A DNA stretch of 64,000 bases from Neoechinorhynchus agilis (lineage: Eukaryota; Animalia; Acanthocephala). The translations under genes were made by a program, and so were the position numbers. Positions 11,148 through 23,740 of this stretch are shown here, piece after piece. Each line of letters starts with the position of its first letter. Within the stretch, counting starts at the first letter, position 1. The stretch is taken from positions 14,982,784 through 15,046,783 of the forward strand of contig CM121341.1 of the NCBI GenBank assembly GCA_051530055.1. The letters are read 5' to 3'. The notes under the pieces are model-generated. The model was not told the DNA's origin and ran no database searches. It worked only from the letters and a program-made list of their open reading frames with translations.

Positions 11148-11586
11148 ATGAATGTATTCGGTCATGAAAACGTAGTACCGAATCGAAGATTTACAAAGTA
11201 CCAAATCTTCTATCTAAGTGATTGGTTTGATCGCCATTTCTCACATCCCTTTATGAATAACGAAGAGATCGATGCTGCGATGATGAATACGGGTAAGTTT
11301 GTTAAAATTGAGATTAAGACAAGGCTGATTAAAAATTTAAGGTCTTACAAAAAGACAAATCTGTAAATGGCTTTCGAATACACGGACACGGGCCATGAAT
11401 AAATTAGGTTACAATATGACGGATAGTCGACAAAAATATACCAGGAAGATGGGAGAAGTGAACTACTTTTCGACGCGCGAAAGTCTTGGAATATTTGATC
11501 CACCGCTTCATTGTTCTAAATTATCGAAAACTGACGGAATTACTCAGCCAGTTTTTACTTATGGCTTTAAATGGATAATTTATTGA
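11148..11586 (+). CDS. Divergent TALE-class homeodomain protein, copy C (129 aa)
   Basis: Exons 11148-11292 and 11342-11586 with a 49-nt GT-AG intron. The homeodomain is identical to copy A; there are 3 amino acid differences in the C-terminal tail. Confidence 0.8.
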
Positions 11587-12210
11587 TATTTGTTGTTATT
11601 ATTAATAAATTTTGGTGTTAATGTAAATTCGTGTTTCGCGTAATCGATATTTATAATTTTCTCGATTTTGGCAGAATATCGATTTACGTAAAAAATACCA
11701 TGAGTAGGTAATTTGATATTGATTAAATTTTTTGGGGTATGTATTACGCTTAAAGGGCCAAATCTTGTAATTCTCGTTGTATATGATGATCGCTTGTTTG
11801 CCCGATTTTCTTAATAAACTATATTTTAAAATTACCTAATTTGTTTTATTCGTCCTCTGTAAATTCTTAAGCTTAGAGAGTAATCTCAATTTTTTTTACT
11901 TTTTTAAACTTCAACTTTTGAAGTTGCTTTCGCTAGTTCGTATTTTCTCCTCGTTATAATTCTAAATTAAAATTTCCTCGTTTATAAATAATGAAAAGTA
12001 TGCACATTCGCTTATATCGATTTTTACACTAATGCTTTATCCTAAAATTAACTATTTACTGTTAAAAACTAACATTTTTAAAAATTCTTTTGATTAGATT
12101 ATTTGCCACACTTTAATAAATCCTAACAACAAAAGAAATCAGTTTCTAGCAAGATTTCGCATTTTTGAGTAAAAAATTAGTTTTATTAATTCGCAAATAA
12201 ATTCTGAAAC

Positions 12211-13445
12211 TTTTTTTTAACAAGAGCATACATAATTTATAGTTTCTTCGACGCCCCTATTCATCGGCGCAGGCCAAAATGCTAGCCGCATTGCCCCGCT
12301 GCACCGCAATGCTTATTTTTTGGGCTAGGAACGAAGTCGATCTTGGCTCTCCAGTCGCCGCGTTGATTCGTTTCCCCAATTCCTTCACGAGGGCCAGTGC
12401 CGACCCTCCCAAGGCCCCATACGTTTCCACACCGAAGGGGACAAAATGGTAATTTCGGATTAGCTCCCTGTATTTTGAGCATTTACGATCCTCTGCAGCC
12501 GTCGCCGCTCCTCCTGGACCTTTTTTCGAGTGGCTGATGTTGGAGTTTGCCAACGTGTCCACACACGTTGCATCCCACAACAAACATTTTCCCTCCCGCC
12601 AAGGAAATACGGTCACGCCATCAGGGCGTCTTCCATCTAATCTACAAAGATTAGTGGGTTCTAGAATGTTTGGAAGGGAAAGCGTTTTTAGAGTCCTACT
12701 CAGAATGGCATTGATTTCAGCATGCCTTGGAAATCGTCCCGATGACGTCTTGCATATGAGACCGTGTCTCCCCGAAGAGTCCACTATAGTGCCGCAGCGG
12801 CAGCGATGCGGGATGCAAATCGGTAGGCCTAATCTCAAGGATACTGCGATCCTGGCGACTGAGTCAGCAAGGAGAGTTCCAAGTTTCCCTTCAGGGAGGG
12901 CATTCAACCACGCTCCCGACTCCTTCGTGGAACAGGCTACCAGCCGGACCTGAGACACCTCATCCAGAAGATCTTTGAAAGAGTTGTGAATCTTCTGAAC
13001 GAGAGGAATGTCCCAAGACGACTGCTTGCACTCATTTGCGGGGAGCTGGTTGATGCCTGTCAATCGATGCCATTGATATAATCCTGTTTCAAAGATCGCA
13101 TCCTTCAGCGATTTGCCTAAAATGGCATCGACATAGACTTTACTTGCCCGGCAAGAGGAGAGGAAGGCAGGTAAAGCGACGTCTGAAGTGGTGCGAACTC
13201 CCAAACCACCATAAGCCGTGGGAAAAGTAGCCTGTCGCCAACCTGTGTCAGAAAATTTGACATTCAATATATGTTTCAGCTGCTTACGAATTACCCCGTC
13301 GAGCTCTGCTAACAATTTGTCTTCTCCGAAACATGGAGCTGCTCTTAGCTTATGAAGCAATTTCGGCATATAGAGGCAATTCTTGATCAAGAAGAGACCC
13401 TCATGTGCCGAAAGCTCAGAAGTTCGGCCGCAGAGCAACTCCGTT
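12211..13445 (-). mobile_element. 5'-truncated CRE-like non-LTR retrotransposon (RT C-terminus, CCHC knuckle, restriction-like endonuclease)
   Basis: Open 393-aa frame with LP..GGLG.R (ATFPTAYGGLGVR), CRCG...HGLIC, RH, RPDG, WDATC and AEDRKCSKY. An A8 tail lies at 12211-12218, just after the stop. Confidence 0.85.
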
Positions 13446-13809
13446 TTCGGGTATATATACTTTCACTGGATAAATTTTGAACACTCGATTTTATAGCACG
13501 ATTATTTTTATAGGGAACTACTACTAACTGTCCTAACTGAGCGCATTATTTATTAAAATAAAATTGGAGCGTTGACTTCCACTAAATTTATTCTTACTTC
13601 CCTTATACATGACACGCGGCTTCCCCGGCGTTTAAAGCAACGAATAAAAAATATTCTTAATTCCTGTAGTTTCCCAGAAAAGCGGAGTATATGATTGAAC
13701 AATAAAAAAATTCAACAGGGTATTTCAAAAGTTTATAGCATTTCTAGTGAGCATTCTTTTGTCGAGCTACTTTTATCTTAAAAGTAATAAAAAAATAACA
13801 GTTGAGTGC

Positions 13810-16800
13810 TTAAAACGCGCGTCTAAATTTAAGTGAAAAAAACGAGATGAACACATGAACCCGTTTTCAAATATGGAGTTTTGATTTCCGATGTTAAATT
13901 TAAAAACATCAGTGTTTTCCAAACGCGCGCCCAGATTAAAGGGAAACAAGGTACGCAAACATATTAACGCGTTATATAATACGGAGCTTTAATTTCCTAT
14001 GTTTTATCGAAAACCATCAGTATCTTCTTTGCTGGAATTTAAAATAACCATGCATTCCACGCCCATTTCCAAATAAAAATAAAACCCAGAACGCGAACAG
14101 GCGACTGCGTTTTCAAATATCGAGTTTATAATTCTTGTGCAAGAATGTGAAACATCATTGCTTTCCACGCGCGCTTTGCAATTAAAATAAAAAATAGAAC
14201 GCGAAGACATGAACGCGTTTTAAAATTCAGAATTTATGTTTCTTGTGTAGGAATGTAAAGCATCCTTGCTTTCCAAGCGGACTTCTCAATTGAAGAAAGA
14301 AGAACGCAAAGACATGAACGCATTTTCAAATTCAGAGTTTATGTTTCTCTTTAGCAATATAAAGCTTACTTTTTTTAAAGCATCGAATTTTTATTTACTA
14401 AGCTTACTTGCTTTCTACCCGCGCTTCTCATCTAAAATAAAAAACAGAACGCGAAGACATGAACGCGCTTTAAAATATAGAATTTGTATTTCCTGTGCAG
14501 GAATTTTGGACATCACTGTTTTCCCCTTGCGCTCCTCATCTAAAATAAAATACAGAACACGAAGACATTAATGCGTTTTATAATATAGAATTTGTATTTC
14601 TTGTGCAGGAATGTAAGACATCACTGCTTTCCACCCGCGCTTCTCATCTAAAATAAAATACAGAACACGAAGACATGAACGCGTTTTCAAATATGGAATT
14701 TGTATTTCTTGTGCAGGAATGTAAGACATCACTGCTTTCCACCCGCGCTTCTCATCTAAAATAAAATACAGAACACGAAGACATTAATGCGTTTTATAAT
14801 ATAGAATTTGTATTTCTTGTGCAGGAATGTAGGACATCACTGCTTTCCACCCGCGCTTCTCATCTAAAATAAAATACAGAACACGAAGACATGAACGCGT
14901 TTTCAAATATGGAATTTGTATTTCTTGTGTAGGAATGTAAGACATCCTTGCTTTCCACCCGCGCTTCTCATCTAAAATAAAATACAGAACACGAAGACAT
15001 TAATGCGTTTTATAATATAGAATTTGTATTTCTTGTGCAGGAATGTAGGACATCACTGCTTTCCACCCGCGCTTCTCATCTAAAATAAAATACAGAACAC
15101 GAAGACATTAATGCGTTTTAAATATAGAATTTGTATTTTTGTGTAGGAATGTAAGACATCCCTGCTTTCCACCCGCGCTTCTCATCTAAAATAAAATACA
15201 GAACACGAAGACATGAATGCGTTTTCAAATATGGAATTTGTATTTCTTGTGTAGGAATGTAAGACATCCTTGCTTTCCACCCGCGCTTCTCATCTAAAAT
15301 AAAATACAGAACACGAAGACATTAATGCGTTTTATAATATAGAATTTGTATTTCTTGTGCAGGAATGTAAGACATCACTGCTTTCCACCCGCGCTTCTCA
15401 TCTAAAATAAAATACAGAACACGAAGACATTAATGCGTTTTATAATATAGAATTTGTATTTCTTGTGTAGGAATGTAAGACATCCCTGCTTTCCACCCGC
15501 GCTTCTCATCTAAAATAAAATACAGAACACGAAGACATTAATGCGTTTTATAATATAGAATTTGTATTTCTTGTGCAGGAATGTAGGACATCACTGCTTT
15601 CCACCCGCGCTTCTCATCTAAAATAAAATACAGAACACGAAGACATTAATGCGTTTTATAATATAGAATTTGTATTTCTTGTGTAGGAATGTAAGACATC
15701 CCTGCTTTCCACCCGCGCTCATCTAAAATAAAATACAGAACACGAAGACATTAATGCGTTTTATAATATAGAATTTGTATTTCTTGTGCAGGAATGTAGG
15801 ACATCACTGCTTTCCACCCGCGCTTCTCATCTAAAATAAAATACAGAACACGAAGACATGAACGCGTTTCAAATATGGAATTTGTATTTCTTGTGTAGGA
15901 ATGTAAGACATCCTTGCTTTCCACCCGCGCTTCTCATCTAAAATAAAATACAGAACACGAAGACATGAACGCGTTTTCAAATATGGAATTTGTATTTCTT
16001 GTGTAGGAATGTAAGACATCCCTGCTTTCCACCCGCGCTTCTCATCTAAAATAAAATACAGAACACGAAGACATTAATGCGTTTTATAATATAGAATTTG
16101 TATTTCTTGTGTAGGAATGTAAGACATCCTTTTTCCACCCGCGCTTTCATCTAAAATAAAATACAGAACACGAAGACATTAATGCGTTTTATAATATAGA
16201 ATTTGTATTTCTTGTGTAGGAATGTAAGACATCCCTGCTTTCCACCCGCGCTTCTCATCTAAAATAAAATACAGAACACGAAGACATTAATGCGTTTTAT
16301 AATATAGAATTTGTATTTCTTGTGCAGGAATGTAAGACATCACTGCTTTCCACCCGCGCTTCTCATCTAAAATAAAATACAGAACACGAAGACATTAATG
16401 CGTTTTATAATATAGAATTTGTATTTCTTGTGTAGGAATGTAAGACATCCTTGCTTTCCACCCGCGCTTCTCATCTAAAATAAAATACAGAACACGAAGA
16501 CATTAATGCGTTTTATAATATAGAATTTGTATTTCTTGTGCAGGAATGTAGGACATCACTGCTTTCCACCCGCGCTTCTCATCTAAAATAAAATACAGAA
16601 CACGAAGACATTAATGCGTTTTATAATATAGAATTTGTATTTCTTGTGTAGGAATGTAAGACATCCCTGCTTTCCACCCGCGCTTCTCATCTAAAATAAA
16701 ATACAGAACACGAAGACATTAATGCGTTTTATAATATAGAATTTGTATTTCTTGTGCAGGAATGTAGGACATCACTGCTTTCCACCCGCGCTTCTCATCT

Positions 16801-19800
16801 AAAATAAAATACAGAACACGAAGACATTAATGCGTTTTATAATATAGAATTTGTATTTCTTGTGTAGGAATGAAGACATCCTTTTTCCACCCGCGCTTCT
16901 CATCTAAAATAAAATACAGAACACGAAGACATTAATGCGTTTTCAAATATAGAATTTGTATTTCTTGTGTAGGAATGTAAGACATCCCTGCTTTCCACCC
17001 GCGCTTCTCATCTAAAATAAAATACAGAACACGAAGACATTAATGCGTTTTATAATATAGAATTTGTATTTCTTGTGTAGGAATGAAGACATCCCTGCTT
17101 CTCATCTAAAATAAAATACAAACACGAAGACATGAATGCGTTTTCAAATATGGAATTTGTATTTCTTGTGTAGGAATGTAAGACATCCCTGCTTTCCACC
17201 CGCGCTTCTCATCTAAAATAAAATACAGAACACGAAGACATTAATGCGTTTTATAATATAGAATTTGTATTTCTTGTGCAGGAATGTAGGACATCCCTGC
17301 TTTCCACCCGCGCTTCTCATCTAAAATAAAATACAGAACACGAAGACATTAATGCGTTTTATAATATAGAATTTGTATTTCTTGTGCAGGAATGTAGGAC
17401 ATCACTGCTTTCCACCCGCGCTTCTCATCTAAAATAAAATACAGAACACGAAGACATTAATGCGTTTTATAATATAGAATTTGTATTTCTTGTGCAGGAA
17501 TGTAGGACATCACTGCTTTCCACCCGCGCTTCTCATCTAAAATAAAATACAGAACACGAAGACATGAACGCGTTTTCAAATATAGAATTTGTATTTTTGT
17601 GTAGGAATGTAAGACATCCCTGCTTTCCACCCGCGCTTCTCATCTAAAATAAAATACAGAACACGAAGACATTAATGCGTTTTATAATATAGAATTTGTA
17701 TTTCTTGTGCAGGAATGTAAGACATCACTGCTTTCCACCCGCGCTTCTCATCTAAAATAAAATACAGAACACGAAGACATTAATGCGTTTTATAATATAG
17801 AATTTGTATTTCTTGTGTAGGAATGTAAGACATCCCTGCTTTCCACCCGCGCTTCTCATCTAAAATAAAATACAGAACACGAAGACATTAATGCGTTTTA
17901 TAATATAGAATTTGTATTTCTTGTGCAGGAATGTAGGACATCCCTGCTTTCCACCCGCGCTTCTCATCTAAAATAAAATACAGAACACGAAGACATTAAT
18001 GCGTTTTATAATATAGAATTTGTATTTCTTGTGCAGGAATGTAAGACATCCCTGCTTTCCACCCGCGCTTCTCATCTAAAATAAAATACAGAACACGAAG
18101 ACATTAATGCGTTTTATAATATAGAATTTGTATTTCTTGTGCAGGAATGTAAGACATCCCTGCTTTCCACCCGCGCTTCTCATCTAAAATAAAATACAGA
18201 ACACGAAGACATTAATGCGTTTTATAATATAGAATTTGTATTTCTTGTGCAGGAATGTAAGACATCACTGCTTTCCACCCGCGCTTCTCATCTAAAATAA
18301 AATACAGAACACGAAGACATTAATGCGTTTTATAATATAGAATTTGTATTTCTTGTGTAGGAATGTAAGACATCCCTGCTTTCCACCCGCGCTTCTCATC
18401 TAAAATAAAATACAGAACACGAAGACATTAATGCGTTTTATAATATAGAATTTGTATTTCTTGTGTAGGAATGTAAGACATCCCTGCTTTCCACCCGCGC
18501 TTCTCATCTAAAATAAAATACAGAACACGAAGACATTAATGCGTTTTATAATATAGAATTTGTATTTCTTGTGCAGGAATGTAAGACATCCCTGCTTTCC
18601 ACCCGCGCTTCTCATCTAAAATAAAATACAGAACACGAAGACATTAATGCGTTTTATAATATAGAATTTGTATTTCTTGTGCAGGAATGTAAGACATCAC
18701 TGCTTTCCACCCGCGCTTCTCATCTAAAATAAAATACAGAACACGAAGACATTAATGCGTTTTATAATATAGAATTTGTATTTCTTGTGCAGGAATGTAA
18801 GACATCCCTGCTTTCCACCCGCGCTTCTCATCTAAAATAAAATACAGAACACGAAGACATTAATGCGTTTTATAATATAGAATTTGTATTTCTTGTGCAG
18901 GAATGTAAGACATCACTGCTTTCCACCCGCGCTTCTCATCTAAAATAAAATACAGAACACGAAGACATTAATGCGTTTTATAATATAGAATTTGTATTTC
19001 TTGTGTAGGAATGTAAGACATCCCTGCTTTCCACCCGCGCTTCTCATCTAAAATAAAATACAGAACACGAAGACATTAATGCGTTTTATAATATAGAATT
19101 TGTATTTCTTGTGCAGGAATGTAGGACATCACTGCTTTCCACCCGCGCTTCTCATCTAAAATAAAATACAGAACACGAAGACATTAATGCGTTTTATAAT
19201 ATAGAATTTGTATTTCTTGTGTAGGAATGTAAGACATCCCTGCTTTCCACCCGCGCTTCTCATCTAAAATAAAATACAGAACACGAAGACATTAATGCGT
19301 TTTATAATATAGAATTTGTATTTCTTGTGCAGGAATGTAGGACATCACTGCTTTCCACCCGCGCTTCTCATCTAAAATAAAATACAGAACACGAAGACAT
19401 TAATGCGTTTTCAAATATGGAATTTGTATTTCTTGTGTAGGAATGTAAGACATCCTTGCTTTCCACCCGCGCTTCTCATCTAAAATAAAATACAGAACAC
19501 GAAGACATTAATGCGTTTTATAATATAGAATTTGTATTTCTTGTGCAGGAATGTAGGACATCACTGCTTTCCACCCGCGCTTCTCATCTAAAATAAAATA
19601 CAGAACACGAAGACATTAATGCGTTTTATAATATAGAATTTGTATTTCTTGTGTAGGAATGTAAGACATCCCTGCTTTCCACCCGCGCTTCTCATCTAAA
19701 ATAAAATACAGAACACGAAGACATTAATGCGTTTTATAATATGGAATTTGTATTTCTTGTGTAGGAATGTAAGACATCCCTGCTTTCCACCCGCGCTTCT

Positions 19801-20850
19801 CATCTAAAATAAAATACAGAACACGAAGACATTAATGCGTTTTATAATATAGAATTTGTATTTCTTGTGCAGGAATGTAAGACATCCCTGCTTTCCACCC
19901 GCGCTTCTCATCTAAAATAAAATACAGAACACGAAGACATTAATGCGTTTTATAATATAGAATTTGTATTTCTTGTGCAGGAATGTAAGACATCCCTGCT
20001 TTCCACCCGCGCTTCTCATCTAAAATAAAATACAGAACACGAAGACATTAATGCGTTTTATAATATAGAATTTGTATTTCTTGTGCAGGAATGTAAGACA
20101 TCACTGCTTTCCACCCGCGCTTCTCATCTAAAATAAAATACAGAACACGAAGACATTAATGCGTTTTATAATATAGAATTTGTATTTCTTGTGTAGGAAT
20201 GTAAGACATCCTTGCTTTCCACCCGCGCTTCTCATCTAAAATAAAATACAGAACACGAAGACATTAATGCGTTTTATAATATAGAATTTGTATTTCTTGT
20301 GCAGGAATGTAAGACATCCCTGCTTTCCACCCGCGCTTCTCATCTAAAATAAAATACAGAACACGAAGACATTAATGCGTTTTCAAATATGGAATTTGTA
20401 TTTCTTGTGCAGGAATGTAAGACATCCTTGCTTTCCACCCGCGCTTCTCATCTAAAATAAAATACAGAACACGAAGACATTAATGCGTTTTATAATATAG
20501 AATTTGTATTTCTTGTGCAGGAATGTAGGACATCACTGCTTTCCACCCGCGCTTCTCATCTAAAATAAAATACAGAACACGAAGACATGAACGCGTTTTC
20601 AAATATGGAATTTGTATTTCTTGTGTAGGAATGTAAGACATCCTTGCTTTTCAAACGCTTTTCTCAATGGAAATAAAAACGAAACGCGAAGAAATGAGCG
20701 CGTACTATAATATCGGGTTTTGCTTACCTGTATTCGATCGTAAAACATCCATGCTTTTCAAACACCCATCTAAATTACAACGAGAAACAGAACGCGAACA
20801 CATAAACGCGATCTATAACATTGGGTTTTTATTTTTGAAACGGTTTTAAT
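13810..20850. repeat. 108-bp tandem satellite, about 57 homogeneous units plus degenerate edge units
   Basis: Unit taaaataaaatacagaacacgaagacattaatgcgttttataatatagaatttgtatttcttgtgcaggaatgtaagacatcactgctttccacccgcgcttctcatc; period checked at 14649 and 14757. Diverged copies lie at 13810-14430 and 20650-20850. Confidence 0.97.
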
Positions 20851-22727
20851 ATATAATCATTTACCGAGTGTAGAACTAAACAATAATTCCAATCACATTC
20901 TCCGGTATCTCACACATCGACATATCGCATAACATAAATTCGGCAGATCCTTGAGCGACATGACCGACTCGCTGTCTTCTCGCAGTAACCTTTAGATGCC
21001 ATATAGATCCGTTTTTGACAGCTCGAAGTGCCATCAAGCAATTTTACATTACAAATCTCAATGTGTACAGTTGCTCTTGATTTAAAAACGATCAACGGTG
21101 GTATTTTTATGATAGAAAGGATACTAACGGCGAATATTATTTACTCATAAGAGTTATATTTCGAGCTCTAAAAACACCATACTGTAAACTTGTTCAATTC
21201 AAACTAAAAATGATGTTTTGCCGATCAAAATGTCTAGTTTTTTAAGATAGAAGCATTACTTAGAATTCATCAAGAAAAAATCCTCCGGGATGATAGAGTT
21301 AGAGATGTAGTGATCATAAACCGGAATAAAAAATATTTTATCGAATTAAGATATTTCGCGAAGCCTTGATCCATCAGTCAAACGTTACAACGCGGGTGGA
21401 ATGAGCGGGTGTACGGTCCCTAAACCTCATAAATGGCGATCGAAAATAGTAGTTTATTAGAATAAGGTACATGAGTCCTATTATGTATTTTTTTACCAAT
21501 AAGCGTGCTATTATATGTAGCGGTAAGTGGGTTATAAAATCTTTAAGTTATACAAAACGTTGCTTTAGCAAAACCAAAGAAAAAGCTTTGATCGAAAAAT
21601 ATTTTTCCTCTTGCCAATCATAAAGTCTTGGTTCTTTCTTGCCAACAACAATCTCAAACTTACGGAAATTTACGTTTTGTCAATTTTCGCTTTCAGTTAT
21701 TTAATCATGGGGAATTTAATTCCCTTGACCATTATTTGGCGCTTTTGTAGTGTTGATACGTTCAAAAGTAGTATTGACAGTTTCAATATCAACTGACTCC
21801 GATTTATCGTTTCGGCCTTTCGTTTTTTGTTAGAGCCTATTTTGTTTTTCTCAGCTATGTCATTTATTAGGCAAATCGATAACAAACTATGATAAAAATC
21901 TATATCTCGCATTAACGCTCAAAGAACGCCATTTTTATACAATGGATTGTTCAGAATTCAATTGCAATCGGTGCTTATTTCACAACTACTTAGCAGATAA
22001 ATCAGATATTCCATTGAAATCGTTGACTTATATTTTATTTTATTTTCTTAAGATCCATTTTCATTGTGCGAGTTTATATCGTGACTTATTGCCTTCTGAT
22101 TTTTTGTAAATAATGTTTAATCAACTGCAGCCTATCGGCAGGTCCGAAATTACTACTCTATATTTTAGTTTTCGTTAAAAACGTTACTTTACCGAGTTGC
22201 AATCGTGATTTCAAGAATTTTCATTTCTTTTAGTATTGTATTCGGGTGTTTAGATATGTTATTATTTTGGTCGGCCCTCGAAATAGTCAAATTTTTTCGA
22301 CGTCATAAAAACTTACAATCAATTTGAATTAATAATGGCTGATTCAATTAATCGAAATACATTCGACTTTAATGATCTCCGCCTAGTGTCGAAGACCGAC
22401 CAAAATATTAACTATTGAAAACAATAATTCAAGTCACATTCCCCGGTACCTCATATATCGAGATTTTAACCATCCCTTTCGGGTCGCGAGGGCCAACCAA
22501 AAAATTACGCTTTCACTTCTTTTGAAAAAAATCGCTTCAAGATGCCGCATGCCCGCATATTTCAGAGATATTCCATAAGAATCTGTCACTTTTCTATAAA
22601 ATCGTTCAAAATGGCCTTTTGTATTGTTGATGGCTTCTTACAGTGAACTCATATTCGCTGATTTCGAACGTAATTAATTCTAGCCTTATTTTACGTTCGA
22701 AAAAGTCCTTTAGCATTTATCTTTTAG

Positions 22728-23740
22728 ATGTACCGAGTTGACAAGGAACAACTTAGAGATACTTCAAATGTTATCCTTTCCACGCCAAAGCGCTTTATAG
22801 ACTCCATAAAGGAATCATTGGACATACAAATTCAATCGATGAATTCTAACGAAATGGAATTCCATTTGAAAGGAGTAGATCCCTCTGTTGCTAATGCAAT
22901 AAGGCGTACTCTTTTATCGGACGTACCCTCAATGGCATTCGATCGATTCACTGTGCTAAACAATACATCAATTTTTCCAGATGAAATTCTGTGCCATAGA
23001 ATAGCTTTGATTCCTTTAAAAGCGGATCCTCGGCTCTTTGAGAGCAGACTAGAAAATGATCATGACAGTGGGTCTAATTCACTCAAATTTAGCCTGGAAC
23101 TAGTATGTGAGAAGATTGAGAATGAAGTAAAGTTTGAGAATGTTTATAGCCGCGACATCAAGTGGCATCCTTTAAAAAGCTGGTTAGGGTTTTGCTCGGT
23201 ATACGATTGAAACCATAATCGACTATGGGAGATCAGGCCGAATTTCTGAAGGAAACTGATGTCGCTCCAGTATCAAAAGATATTCTTCTTTTTAAAATGG
23301 TTCCTGGACAACGGATAAAAATGAATATGCTGGCCGTCAAAGGAATGGGCAGGGACCACGCTAAATTCTCACCCGTGTCCCTGGCTTCATATAGAATGTT
23401 ACCGACGATTAGTCTGAAAAAGCGTGTTCAGGGAGAGTTGGCTGTTCGACTTCAAAAGTGTTTCACCCCTGGAGTGATTGGACTAAGAGAAGGGGAAGGT
23501 GGACCCGAAGCGTATGTAATAGATCCTCTTCTGGATGCTTGCAGCCGTGAAGTATTTTTGTATCCGGAGTTAGCAGACTTAGTGGAACTCGGTCGAGTCA
23601 GAGACCATTTTGTGTTTAAAATTGAATCAACGGGTGCACTTAAACCTTATGAGTTATTCAACGAAGCCGTAAAAATCCTAATTCAAAAATGCCAGGAAAT
23701 CAAAAAGGACATCGATTTCGAACGCGTATTGAACGAATAA
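22728..23740 (+). CDS. POLR1C: RNA polymerase I/III shared subunit AC40 (RPC40), two exons
   Basis: EFHLKGVDPSVANAIRRTLLSDVPSMA...NNTSIFPDEILCHRIALIPLKADPRLF; GMGRDHAKFSPVSLASYR; RDHFVFKIESTGAL. The two ORFs need a ~53-nt intron near 23171-23231 whose borders are unresolved. Confidence 0.92.

Larger units (their letters stand above)
6426..11717. repeat. Segmental amplification of the homeobox unit: A (minus), diverged B (minus), inverted C (plus)
   Basis: 6426-7415 is a near-identical inverted copy of 10735-11717. About 6420-8040 is a clearly more diverged direct copy of ~9180-10717. Confidence 0.9.

Noticed and set aside
14430-20650. Satellite as a coding 36-aa repeat, possibly with TAA/TAG read as Gln (unit = 36 codons; CAG/TAG, TCA/TCC, CTG/TTG and AAT/AAC variants look synonymous in one frame)
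   Set aside because: Every unit has a fixed TAA in that frame, edge units have scattered stops in all frames, and only about 5 of 9 variable sites are third positions. Neighbouring genes (RPL18, POLR1C, GTF2F2) end normally at TAA, so the standard code applies.
13810-20850. CRISPR-like array
   Set aside because: Units are contiguous full-length repeats with no unique spacers, there are no cas genes, and the context is eukaryotic.
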